This document shows, one piece after another, positions 1-12,688 of a stretch of 64,000 nt of DNA. The stretch lies in the NCBI RefSeq assembly GCF_036321535.1, contig NC_087436.1:372001-436000 (forward strand), read 5' to 3'. The notes beneath the pieces were generated by a model. That model saw only the letters and a program-made list of their open reading frames with translations, ran no database searches and was not told where the DNA came from. Source of the stretch: Camelus dromedarius. Taxonomy: Eukaryota. The translations under genes were made by a program, and so were the position numbers. Positions within the stretch are counted from its first letter, which is position 1; every line of letters starts with the position of its first letter.

Positions 1-1049
1 CCTTATAGTGAATGAAATTGAGTACAGAACATTGCATTTCTTCCTTTCTATTTAGAGTTCTCTTACTGCATAAGGCTGCCTGCTTTGGAACATCAGCTCC
101 ACCACCAGGGCGCTGTCTTTGTGTTGGTGTGATTGCATTTACACAGTGCATGTAATCTGGGCTTCCTCAGCCCCAAACACTCCAGTGCAGAATTACGGGC
201 TGTAGCCATCTCTTAGTCACGCAAATACTTCTAAAATTATATGATGCTAGAAAAGAAAAAAGAGAGAGAGAGAGACTGCCCTTATCAAAATTCCTTTCAA
301 TTCTAACTGCAAACTGTTGTTGAGCAGCTCTGGTTTCCTTTGGATATGAATATATACATTTCTTTGCATGTAACCTGGATTTTGGACTAGAACACCAAGC
401 TCTTGCTGTCCACAAGCCACAAAAATAGTAACCATATTGCATACGTGTGAAATATTTTATTCTTTTTTTCTGAGAAAGAATCCTTGAATTTGGGACTTCA
501 GCTGTGATTTTTGCTTTTTGCTTCTCCCACCCCTCTTGTAATCTCTCACTCCTTCACACGTGGCCCCCAAGAGGTCGTGGTCTCAAAGGAGCAGGCAAAC
601 ACCCAGTTGGTCTCCATGCAGTGCTGATGTAGAGGGAGCCCAGTCAAGACCTAAAGGACATTATCAGAGAGGACTTCCTGGAAGAAATGGGCTCTATATT
701 CAGTTGTGAGGACATAGTAAGTGTCAGCCAGGAGAAGGCATGAAGAGGATGGCTCACGTGGCAGGAGCAGCCCGGGCAGAGGCCTGGAGGCTTGTGGGGT
801 GGAAACTCGGGGAGTGTGCCTTGTGTGGTCCAGGGTGGAGGGTGCCCTGCTGGGGAGGACACTGGAGATGACCTTGGGTGGAGGGCTTTGGATGAGTTTG
901 GGTTTTACTAGAACTGACACAGGAGGCAGTGAAGGGTGTCAGCAGGTAGTGACCCTCAGAAAAGGTACTTCTGGTTTTGCTTCTGATATTCTACAGAAAG
1001 AAGGGTCGGGATGGGTGAGAGCAGGAATGTCTGTAACTTGGAGTCCCAC

Positions 1050-1440
1050 CCCGTCATTCATTTATTCATTACACGAGCACTTCTGAGTGGCCAGGGGAGA
1101 GAGAGTGGACCCACATTAGTAAGCAAAATGTATTTGCTTCTTGGGAGCTTAGCAGTGTCAGAAGTTGACAGCCTAGAATGTTCTAGGAACAGAGGAACAA
1201 AGTGTGGAGGTTGGGGGGAGGGAAGGCTTCCTTGAGAAACAGTCAAAATGAGCCTGGAGGCAAGTGGGAAGTAGGAGCAGGTCAGGGGGCCCCTGAGGTT
1301 ACTGGGGACCTGGGAACTGTGGTGAGGCTGGGTGAGCAGTGTCGGGGGTGGGGCTAGAACTCCACCAGGGAGCCTCTGAAGGGTTTGAAGTGGGGGTGAT
1401 GTAATCAAATTTGTGCTTTGGGAAGGCTGCCGTTGCTCTG
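1050..1440 (-). mobile_element. L2 fragment (paralog at ~61775-62155)
   Basis: cattcatttattcat end, gggaaggcttccttgag and gatgtaatcaaatttgtgctttgggaagg blocks. Confidence 0.6.
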
Positions 1441-2623
1441 TGTGTATGTGTGTGTGTGTGTGTAGCGGGGAAGAGCGGGAGGGTGCCACCAACTGGGGGG
1501 GGTCATTAGAAAACCATTCACAGGCTGGGAGGTGACCCGTGGGAGAGGGGCGTCGGGGCTGCTTGGGGACGGCAGGGGCAGTGTGGATGACGGATTTTCT
1601 TATGGGGAGGGCTTGTTAGCGGGGCCGCCCTTGCGGCGCCTTTGGGCTGGAAGAAAACAGATGGAGGCCACCAGGTGGACTTTCCTCTTCTCTCCTTCCC
1701 TGCCTTGTGTGATGATCTTAGCTCAGCCAACATTTGGAACAGAAGAGCTAAGTTCCAGGGTAGCCCAGGACTTTGTTGAGCTCGTTCGAGTGAGATCTGA
1801 TAGGATTTAGGTTTGTGTTCAGATCTGCATATACACTCTGGTAGAAATATCGGTCTTTTGGATTTCCATAGGTGTTTTATTCTTGATAAAAATTGCGTTC
1901 TTGGTGAGAGGAAATTTAATAAAGCTGTTATCTTTCTCAAAATAAATCATATCTTTTAAGAACATTAATATTCAAAAAATAGGAATATTTAAAAATGATA
2001 AGGCTTTGGTGTAGTTTCTTTGGTTTCCTAGTTAATGTGGACTTAGAGCCTTTGCATTACTTAATAGCACATCCTTGTCAGTATTTAAAGAGCTGTTAGG
2101 GAGCGCCCCAGGCCCCACCTCTCAAAGCATCATTAAAGTTTGCTCTGAAATAGTGAGGTCATAAAGGTCTTGTTTGCAGAAACCAAACAGTTGGTTTATA
2201 ATATGCAGCATAGCTCCCTTTATAAAATAATAATAGGATCAACATTAAGAATGTGGAAGATAATTGATTTATTTGAAATCTGAAACATAAACTTTTTTGT
2301 GCTAAAGTTGCAACTGGAAATTTTGAAATGAAAAATCCTACTGTAATATAATCCACGGAATACATATGGGCCTTTCACGATTCAAAAGTAACTGCGCAGT
2401 GGTTTTTGAAGTCAGGAGCATTCCAGCTCAGATACTGGCATTGATGGTTGCTGGTTTTCAATGGAAGAGCCTAAATTTGCCTTCTTAGCTGTTTTTGTTG
2501 TTGTTGTTGTTGTTGTTTGTAGTAAGAGGGTTGAGTAATACTTTGACAGCATGATTTTGGGGAAATTTAGGGTTAGATGTCGTGTAACAGCAGTGAGATA
2601 TTTCCATGCATTTTATTTTCCGG

Positions 2624-2744
2624 ACATCACCAGGGCACATGTGTGGTTTGTGCTTGCAGGCAGGGATGCTGCAGTACTCCCTGATACATCACCGTTATGT
2701 CCTGGAGCTGCTCCGGTCAGTGAATGATTTTCTGTGGCTTGGAG
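2624..2744 (+). pseudogene. TRAPPC9: TRAPPC9 second coding exon (exon 3) remnant, copy A
   Basis: Encodes [32 protein letters not shown] vs recalled [32 protein letters not shown]. Donor GAG|gtaagg intact; acceptor reads ttttccgg (AG lost); 5' part deleted. Confidence 0.93.
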
Positions 2745-3084
2745 GTAAGGTGGTCTGATGCAGATGATCAGATGTGTAGTTAAAGTGCTATTACTTGAAA
2801 TAAGAGAAACCAAGAAACATGGCTCTAACAATACAGGATGAGGGAGGAGAACTGGCTGAGCTACTTGCAGTGGGGCGTCTTCTCAGGTGATTCCCTCCCC
2901 GTGATTCCTGCCAATATCCTCCCCAGCCCTGCACGGTAATGCTGCCAAAGCAAGCATGCACTTTGCTCAGAAACGCAGTGAATTTCCTTGTGCCTCCATT
3001 GGTTGGCTTTTTTTTAAAAGCACATCTTGCCCTTTGTTTAATGTCATCCCTGCTAGTCACCTCTTAAACTCATTCTTCTGGACC

Positions 3085-3640
3085 TCGTCCATACATAGCT
3101 GCTGAATGGATGAACAGAATGTAGTATCTCCATGTATTGGAACATTATTCAGACGTAAGAGTGAATAAAAAAGAAAAAAAGATAAAGGGGAAGATGAAAA
3201 AGTCCACCTGTTCTGGGAAGTCCACCCTGACTGCTCAACCCGACTTTTTCCCTTTGAAACACAATATCTTATGCTCCAATCTACTCTTTTTGATAGTACT
3301 TACCACCTTCTAATAAACTTTAACGTTTTCAAAAAAAAAAAAAAACAGAGCGAGATGCTGATACCACTTCAACATCTACGAGCCTTGATAACAGCATGTT
3401 AAGTGAAAGGAACCAGACACAAACGGCCACATATTGTTGATTTCAGTGATCTGAAATGCCCAGAATAGGCACATGCAGAGGCAGAGAGCAGGTGATGGTT
3501 GCAAGGGGCTGGGTGGAGGGGGGATGGGGTGTGACTACTAGTGGACAGGGGGTTTCTTTTTGGATGATGGAGTGTTCTGGAGATAGATGGTGGTGAGGGC
3601 TGCACAACCGTGAGTGTGCAGAAGACTGCTGAGCGCTGTC
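3085..3640 (+). mobile_element. L1MB-like 3' end interrupted by another repeat fragment (~3200-3340)
   Basis: gaatggatgaacagaatgtagtat...atgttaagtgaaaggaaccagacacaaacggccacatattg...gatggtggtgagggctgcacaac. Confidence 0.85.
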
Positions 3641-4705
3641 TCTGGGAGTGCCTGTGGTTGGGGCTGCTTTATTTTGGCCTCATCCTGCAATGTGAAGAGT
3701 CATATTCTGCTGTGGCCTTTCTACTCCTGTGAGTGGTGAGGCTCAGACACTTTGCAGAGTCATGTTTCATTTTTCCCCTTTGCTAAGTGTAGGCAAAAAA
3801 GGTTTAAGCCTGAGAAATTACTCCATCTGCAGAAATGTCTTTCAGATTTGCATGGTGTAAAAATATTGAGAGCTTTTAAATCATTGAGGACAGTCTGTGA
3901 GGGGAAAGAGCCCGTGAAGCCTGGGTGCGACCTGGAAGAGCCACGCTTCCCTCCCAGACACGGGTGGGGACTTCACCCCCGTTCAGGCAGTGAAGGGCCC
4001 AGACCCGAGAGCGGAGTTGACACTCGTGAATATTTACGTGTATCCGCTGCTTCATCTTGGATATTAATTTCAAGCTGAGTCAGTTTGTGGCGGCAGCCTC
4101 ATCCTACATCAGGAATTTATAGTATCTGCTCTTTGAGGTGAAGACCAGACAGACTTGATTATTTAACAGTCTCTCTTGAATTGATATCTCAGATTCCTTT
4201 GTCAAAAGCAAAACAGCAGAAATACAGACGTCCTTTAATGCCGATGTGACCTGGAACGGGTTTAGTCTCAGTGCCTCAGTGGCCTTGTCTGCGGGTGGAG
4301 AACATGATAACAATGCTTCCCTCAGAGGGGCTGGGGAGGGGGGAGTGAGAAGCACAAATGTAGGACTTACACGTGATGCTCATGAATGACCGAATTTAGT
4401 GCTCTCAGCCTGGTGAGGCCTCAGGGGCAGAGATGTCAGAACAGAGCAGTCCTAGCCGGAGCTCGATCCGTGTTGGCAGCTGTTAAGATCACTATCACCA
4501 CTGTGGGTTATCAGGTAGTTTTAAGACTTGGTAATATGAATTCTTGAATAATGTTAAAAGACTAGACATCTCAGACCCAGTTTACATAGTTCTCAAGAAT
4601 TCCTCTGAGAAATGGATGTTTTTTTCCCCATCTTAAATCTGAGTTGAGTCTCTAAAAAAATTCTGTATTCCTCCATCATTTTGCTTTAATTCTCCATTTC
4701 TTAAA

Positions 4706-4794
4706 ATTTTTTTAAATGGAGTTACTGGGGACTGAACTTAGGGCCTCATGCATGCTAAGCACATACTCTCCCAAATGAGGTATAATCTCCTCCC
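4706..4794 (-). mobile_element. tRNA-derived SINE (Vic-1-like)
   Basis: tactggggactgaacttagggcctcatgcatgctaagc. Confidence 0.75.
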
Positions 4795-7700
4795 TTTTTT
4801 TTTTTAAACTTTAGTTTCTTAATATTCAGAGTTTAGAGGCCTCTAATTCTTTTTCTGGAGACTTGTCCATGAACCTGTAAATCTCTAATTAATGGACAAA
4901 ACTTGTTTTATTAAAAAAATCAATAGAATATTCTGCAATCCATCCAAAAGGAAATGCTCATTGACATAAAATGTTTCTCCTTTATGGTGATTTCTCCTTT
5001 TTGGTCTAGCTTAATTTATTAACAGCCATCCTCATCATCATAATGACCAAACTCGCTGTGAGTGGACACCTGCCTAAGGCTAAAGTGCTTTCCTCATGTT
5101 TTATTTCATAGCAGGTGTTTGAGCGTAAGTATCATTGTCTCCTTTTTTGCAGCTGAGGATTTTCAGATGGAGCAGCTTGTCCCAAATCATACGCAGCTGG
5201 TGGTGGCTACCTGTGTTCTGGAACCCTGGCTGCACAGGATGCATTTTTAATTGCTCCTCTAATCAGCCTCCCATTGAGTGCATTCCCGAACACCTCTAAG
5301 TCCATAAATGGCCGATTTTAGTGATCTCAGCCTGATGAGGCCTTGAAAGGAGAGACACCAGTGAGAATGTGAGACAGAGTGGCATAAATTAAAATTGCAC
5401 ATTTTCAGAAATGATTTATTCTCAGGTAATGACTTAAAAATTTAGTATTTTTTTATTTTAGTGCCCTGTAAGCATTAAAACAAAACATTTAAAATAATTA
5501 TTGTGCAAAAGAGAAGTGGACTTTGAAAGTCCAACCATTGCTTATGATGTTACATGTTTTTCTCTAGTGGCCCTTATTGACAGATATACTTACAAAGACT
5601 GAATTGGTTTTATGTAGTCTTAGTATTGAAGAAAAGATTGTCAGTGAATATTGTAACTAAAATCTTTACTGTTTTCTTTCCTGATGATGAATAGGTAATT
5701 TGTTTTCATGACTTAAGTACATTTCCTCATTTGTGAAATTTGAGTAATATTGTTTAAGTTGTCTGACTGTGAGAGTTAGACGCCTTGTATACAAATCACC
5801 CAAGGTGTGCTTAATAAAAATATGCTGTCACAACGCCAGATAGTTTAGAAGGATCAACTCTGAATACTAAAGAATGTGGCTTATTTCTGATGCATATTCA
5901 ATATGTTTATATATGATATATATGAATATGGTTTAAGGTAACAAGGATTCTTTTTATTTTTGTGTGCAGTATGAAGTTTTAATGAAATCTGTATCATTCT
6001 AATGAGACAGGGACTAGTTAAATTGCCTTAAGCAGACGACCTTGAAGATTATTTACTCAGAATATGTATTGTTACATCTCAGAATTCATGTTGCCGTGTA
6101 ACCACCCCCTCAGACATTTAAATTCGTCTGATTCTGAACAGATCCATTAAATTTAGAAAAATCCACATTGATCATTTTCAGGGAGTAAGCTTCTCAATTT
6201 TGTGATTAAAGAAAATTTTGATTTTTTTTCCTGCACTCTTAACAGGTTTAAAATATCAAAACATTGATTTGACGTGTCACTTTTTAATAGAGAGAATAAA
6301 GCTCATGCTGTTTTACTATGTAAATAAATGTTTTTGTATTTCAACAAACTTATATGATTTCTGGCTCTTTGAGAAGTATTTTGCAAGATACTTAGATTAT
6401 CTGCTTTTGGATAAATACAGACGTGACTTTTATGAATATAGGCCTAGTACAGATCTGTTGGGTTTTGCTACAGTTCAAGACATGAGGCCTAGGGGAACTT
6501 TGCTCCGGATTGACAGGAGGACAGATCCCAGGTCTCAGTCTCCCCTCCTGTAAAATGAAGTGGCTGGACTGGATTCTTTCCTCTTCTAAGATGAGTTTCC
6601 ATGAGCCTGTGTCTTTTGTTTATATTCAGGAGTATTAGCAATATCAGATTAAATACTGACTACCCCTCCCTTCCCCTGAAGCAAAGTGCAGTATGTGGTA
6701 CACAAGCTTTTAGTTACCTGATTCTCGTTTCTCATCCTACAGGCAATTTTTGTGTTGCATGTTTCCCGGCAACCTGGAAGGTCTTTTTAGCCATAGGTGG
6801 CACTGTTGCACCTTCTTACAGTCTTAATTTTCCTGTTTTTAAAAGAAGGCTTAAACAACGTGATTTTATTTTGATTACATTGCTTAATGCTTCAGAATAC
6901 CACAATGTCCATTGTGTCTGTCTGCCTGGAAAAATTATTCTGCTTATATCTTAGTTTTATTCTGTCATCTCGCTGTGAACTTTTCAGACTTGCTGTGCAA
7001 ACAATGGCAAAATCGGACTTTTCTTCCAGTGTTAGAAACCAGTGAGCGTGAATTTTATAAAACAGCTCTAAGCGCACTCTGGAACACCTTAAAGGTGAAA
7101 AGTGTATTGAGTTCCCTGAGTATTGACCCCGCTGCTGTGTGCTTATTGGTGGGAGATGATTTGGTACATATAAGAAGGGGTGTAGTGTTTTGACTTGGGT
7201 TTGTCTGCACGTGCTGCCACTGAGCCACTTGAGCCTGAGTCAGTTCGTTCTGAGTCTTCCCCTCGTCTGTGAGATGGGGACCCTCGTATCTGCTTTGTAG
7301 AATTCTGAGAATTAGAAGTTATGTAAAATGTTTACCACAGTGGGTATGTCAAGAGGGCTCTTAAACTTTTGCTGCTGTTTTGTGTGAAGCCATCATTTGA
7401 CTGTCTTTGGCAACTACTAAGAAGCACGAAAATAAGAAAAGCTGGTTTTATGATGAAAGATATTTGAGGAGGTTCCATAGATCCTATACCCATAATTTAG
7501 CATCAGCAGAGTCAGAACTGTTACACAGTGGCCCTGAAACAATGTTAAGCCACAGAATTTTTTGTTACTTCATATATGTTGGGGCTTAAGGGGATCCAAT
7601 ACTTATACACATGTTGTCTCCAGCAGCCAACTGAGAGATGACACAAAAGAGTAGGCAGGCGTTAAATGTCTTATTTGTTACTGATGAAGCCACGTTCTCC

Positions 7701-8189
7701 ATGAAATTCAGGGCTGTGGGTAAATGAGTGTCGTGATACTGTGTCCCAGAAGTAGAGACTTACCCTGTCCCAGGTATCTCTGTGCCACAGCGAGCCTTCC
7801 CTTGAAAGGATCTGCCCCATCATGCACAGGGATATCCTGCCATGGAGCTGAGCATCCCGGGTGCTTCCCAAGGGTGGCCAAACCTGGAGGGAAAGGAAGG
7901 GTTTCACATGCCCTGCTTGTCTCCCTGGAATCACACCTCACTCTGTTAGTGTGAGGAGGGCTAGCTGTGGGCAAGGTGTCAGGGGTGTGAAGGGGGAAGC
8001 ACTCTCCATGGCCCAGAGGAGTGGGGAGGAGGCATCCCCTCCCTCAGTTTAAAGACATGGTGGGATCAACAGAAGGGTGCACCCCAAGTGTTTATAAAAG
8101 GAGAAATAAGGATTTTCTTTGGGAACTAGTCTAGACAGGAAACACAGAAGATGATTAGAAGGGAGACTTGTAAACCACTGTAATATTAA

Positions 8190-8410
8190 GTTGACATTTG
8201 TTGAGCACCATAAAAGTGCTACATTCTTTTCTGAGCGTTTTACAGAAGTGTATCCTTCAATCTTCTCAACAAGCGAGTAAGGAAGGTTTGATTTTTACCC
8301 AGCTTTACAGTGTGGAAATTGAGGCACACAGAGGGTATGTTGGCCAAGGTCACAGAGCTAGTAAGTGGCAGAGCTTGCATTTAAACCCTGGCTGTCTGGT
8401 TTTGAGGCTC
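8190..8410. mobile_element. MIR SINE (further MIR-like fragments near 5050-5240, 7190-7370, 17280-17480, 22020-22240, 23300-23420, 36620-36830, 44290-44420)
   Basis: Core tttacagtgtggaaattgaggcacacagag...gccaaggtcacagagctagtaagtggcagagc. Confidence 0.85.
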
Positions 8411-8944
8411 ACAGAGACGGGCTTTGGGTGTTTAGATCTATCTGCATGCCTTGATCACTGTACTTCTGTGCATCCGTTAGCCCAGAAAGGACAGGGAAAG
8501 GAGAGTCACACAGTTGCTCACAGTCGTGTCTCGGCCACTGTCCATGAAGAGTGCACCGTGATTAGCGTTATTTTCCAGGCAGTAGATCTGTTGGTATAAC
8601 AGAAATTTAGTCCATTGAGTTAATCTAAAAACCCTTCCTGCTCTACTTCTGTCCATGCTTGCCATGTGACTGCCTGCCCGTGATTGGTACATTGAGGAGA
8701 AAATGTACTCATGGTTGAACTCTGATATTTCAGTCTGGTTCATAGTTTCACGTCTTCTGTTACATTAATAAGTTAAGTTTCTGGTTTTCTTGCATCAGTG
8801 TCTCATGCGTTTGGTTAATGTGAAATCAGTCCATGGGAGCCCAGGGGTGCTGACTGCATAATTTTTGAGCACGTTGTGGCACTTCTACCCGTGCAGACCT
8901 GACTGGATGATGTCCGCCTTCAGCACTTTTTTACCCAATATCAG

Positions 8945-9070
8945 GGTCCTATCCCATCCCCGGATGTGAGGCTGGAAGCTTTCTGAGAAGGCCAGTCAGA
9001 GGCCAAGTCCACCAATCAGAAAATGATGAACTACCTCAAAGTGGGTTTAATAGAAGAAAAGGGCTTCCAG
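8945..9070 (+). other. Candidate decayed coding exon of an unidentified gene
   Basis: tcag|...CAG|gtaatc, 126 nt, phase 0-0, 42 codons with a single TGA. Confidence 0.45.
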
Positions 9071-9834
9071 GTAATCCGATGGGCTGTTCAAATCCCTTTG
9101 GTGAGAAGCTGTCCACTGTCTGTGGTTGAGCTGATTCTTTGCTGTTGAAAAGTCTGGAGTAGATGAAGGGACTTTAAAAAGCAGAAAGGAGCGATTTCAG
9201 GTGGTACATCCACACCGGGGAGAAGTGATGGATGACCGCCTGTGTGAGGCATAGACAGAGTCCTACAAACTTCATAAAACAGCTTCAAATGATCTTCCAT
9301 CTGAGTGCACTTCATATGGGGTCCAGTTCATCACTGGTCGCGCTGAGAGGGCAAATATTAATGATGGCAGAAAGGACACAGAGGCATCAAAAATTCTCAG
9401 TCATGTTCCCTGTTTAAAGGATGTGGCACAGTGTAATATATTTGAGCTGGTTTTTCACTGAACAATTTTTGTGTTTTCTGGGACTCCCCAGTGCCCCAAA
9501 GTTCCATACAGCTGGGTGTCCCCTCAGAGCACGTCTGTCAGAGCTTGCCCTGGGCAGACGCGGTGTCATTGGGAGCAGGACGGTCAGCGTCCCCGGCTCC
9601 TCCGAGCCCCGTCTCCTCATCCGCAGTGCCGGGTTTCTCATCCATGTCTACTTAGTAGTGTTGCTGAGAATCACACGTGATGGTTATCAGGTGTGATTTG
9701 TGGTTGTCTCTGTGATTGGCATATAGTCAATATTTGATAGAAACACTTTTTTTTTTATTCCAATTGTGGCTCCTAGATTGCAGTGGTTTTTAGTCTGCAT
9801 TTTTTATATCTTTACTCATTTTTAAATATGCACT

Positions 9835-9930
9835 TATTTTTATTTATTTTTTTGGAGGTACTGGGGACTGAAGCCAGGATATTTTGCATGCTAAGCAGGT
9901 GGCCTACAACTGAGTAACACCCACCCTCCT
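9835..9930 (-). mobile_element. tRNA-derived SINE (Vic-1-like)
   Basis: ggaggtactggggactgaagccagga...gcatgctaagc. Confidence 0.75.
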
Positions 9931-12121
9931 TGTCTGCACTTAAAAATAAATATTGTAATACACAAAAGAGCTCTTAAACACCATCATGGGACATAGTCTC
10001 TGTATAGGCATTTGAACACGTATACTATATCAAGAAGAATAAATGTTGTTGGGACAAACCTTTCTGAATCTGTTAATGTGCTTAAAAACGATCATAGCTA
10101 GTGATAAACACGAGACTTGGATCCAGTACTTCTTAGGGTCTGTTTTGTCATCATGGGAAATTACATTCTACAGAGAAGGCTAATTGGGTCTCTTTGATAA
10201 TTGGATGGTTTAGCAGATGATCAAGGCTTTCAAAAGCTGACAGTTTTGTATTTTAAACTAATTACAAATTTATCTTCTAGAAGTTGGAAGTCCTAAGCTT
10301 GTGAAGTGCCCAGTAATCCAGGGGGAATATGTTTGTGTCTCTGTGAACGATTGTGTGTGTGATTTCAGGAAGGTAGAAATAAGTTCCATATAGACTTCTG
10401 ATACCTTTCTCCTCCAGTTCAAGGTGTAGGCATATATTTACACAAATAAATTGATGTTCTTTTGTCATTTGGCATATTGGGAATAAGAGGTTCTCATACT
10501 TGTTTCAGAAGGGTTGGGGAGCATGAGCTTAGAAAACGGGAGGAGAAAGAGGCAGGGAGGCACTTCACACTTTGTGCAGGATTTGAGGAACAGTAGCTTT
10601 TCTTTTCTCTTTTATTCTAAAGCAAACTGGCACTGAATCGTAACTTACTATTACTCAGAATTGCTTTTCTAATAAGATATAAGTGCCTCAGATTTTTCAA
10701 GGCAACATGAATGATGAAATGTGTTTTAACATTTATCTTTAAAAGTAGTTTTATTTTTCAAGGAAAAGGCTATAGCCTGTTCTTTCTTCCAGCGGCAAAA
10801 GAAATTCTCATTGATCTATGTACATGATCTATGTGCTTAGTTTCTTTGGGGTTTTTTGGTTTTTTTAAGTGCTTGTTTCATTGTGGTGTGAATGAATGTT
10901 TAAAATTTTTGGATTTTCATCTTTAGAACATGCTGATTTATCAGAACTGTTAAAAACTTGATTGTTCTTTGGTCGTTGTTTGGTGGAGCACCCTATTGAT
11001 TTCTGCTGTGTGTTAAAGAGGGAAATTCTTCCTCTAGCCTGCATATCATTAAGTGAATGGCTTGCCGTGTGCCTTTAAAATTCATTGAATGCATTGAGCA
11101 TGTTTGTCCAGTGAATTTTGAAATGACTCATAGTATTACTTTGTTTTTTTTTCTGTGGCTTTTGCTCCTCTCCACAAGAATTTGAATTCCCTGTTGCATT
11201 TTGTATACGTGTTCTTAACAGGGGAAGATATTTTGAATTTTTTAAAGAGGTGGGTTTTCCTATCCCCTCTGAATGCCTTCTGTAATTGATACAACAAAAA
11301 TCTGTTATTGCAGTGCTAAATAATTTCATAAACTATTTTTTGGCTTAATCAGAAGCAATGAGAAAGAGTGATAATAAAAAATACGAAAACCTTCCTTCCT
11401 TTGAAGAATATAAATCAGGTGGTTAGGCTGACGCATGCTTTGTGCCTGACATACTTACTCTCATGTCATTGTGTATCATGATTCGGAGATGGAGATACTT
11501 CAGGTTTATAGATTTTTGTTTTAACATTTGTGTTGAATTCTTTCTTCAGGCTGATGTTTCCTGTTTGGTTTGTGGAATGTGTAGAAGAAGGGAAACAAAT
11601 GCTTTTTTTTTTGTTTGTTTTCAGGAGGCCTGAGTTGCTGATGAGAAAACAGTTGAGGGTGGGCTGAGGAACAGAGTGACACTCCCTCTCCTCCCGGCTG
11701 AAACTGATGAACAATAAAATCAATTAAGTGTATCGATATTTGACCAATTGAAGTTAACGAGCTCAAACTGGCTAGTTATGCCCAATGGAAAGTATTGAAT
11801 TCACCTGCAGATTTAGGTGCTTTACCAAGTAGAAGCAGCTTAGAGCAATCAGAAATATCAATCCTATGATGAGCTATAAAAAGTATATAATATCTTTTAT
11901 TTTTGAAACTTTTCTAAGTTAAGTTGTGTAGAGCTAAAATTAAGTTTCAAGCACCAGGAGTTATGAGTGTGGGTGGTTCTGTGGGATCGTTATTCAGGGA
12001 TGTGCATAGACACTTCTAGAGTGGCTGAAGCTGGCAGGAAAAGACCCAAAACCAGGATTTGTCATCCCAGGATATTCTCCATAATGGTTCAATGTGGGAG
12101 CCCTTGATTGGGTTAACAAAT

Positions 12122-12688
12122 TGTAGCAGACCCAGGCCGCCTGTCAACTTTAAGAAGAAAAACTATGCTTAGTAACTGCTTTGCAAGCAAGCGCCTGTGC
12201 ATCCACACTCCTGTCTCCTTGCCTTAAAAAGCAGAGACAATGCTTTGCTTGCGTAGTTGAGGTTTTAGATAGCACTCTGCTCATTGCAAAGCAAGGACCC
12301 AGGACCTCAGCTATAAAAGCTGGGCTTGTGTGCTGTTAGATAGTCTGTTATCCGCAAAACAAGGAACTGGCAGGTTTGGTGGTCTGCTTTGAAATTCACA
12401 TATCTAAAGAATGTATTTTGTTCCCCTCACCCCATGACTTCCCTAAAGATACACTAAGACTTTGAACTCATGGTGGATTCTGTAATCTCTGTCTCACCCA
12501 CTTTTCCCAAGTTTCTGCTTACTATCACACAACTGTTAATGACTATTTCCTTTGATTATACACAATAAATATGGGAGCATTTGATAGGCTCGTGGAGTTG
12601 GCTCCCTACTCCCTATCGATTGCTGGACTTTTTCCAGTCTTGAATAATCATTCCGTGTCTGTAAGATTTCTGCCAGCCAGAACCCACA
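12122..12688 (+). mobile_element. Probable solo LTR
   Basis: TGTAG...CCACA, AATAAA near 12563, LTR-like composition; no TSD seen. Confidence 0.5.

Larger units (their letters stand above)
1..3294 (+). repeat. Segmental duplication, copy A (TRAPPC9 intron/exon 3 paralog; continues left of the window)
   Basis: Colinear with 60723-64000 at an offset of ~60.72 kb; 51/60 identical in the first 60 nt and 110/121 in the exon. Confidence 0.98.
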
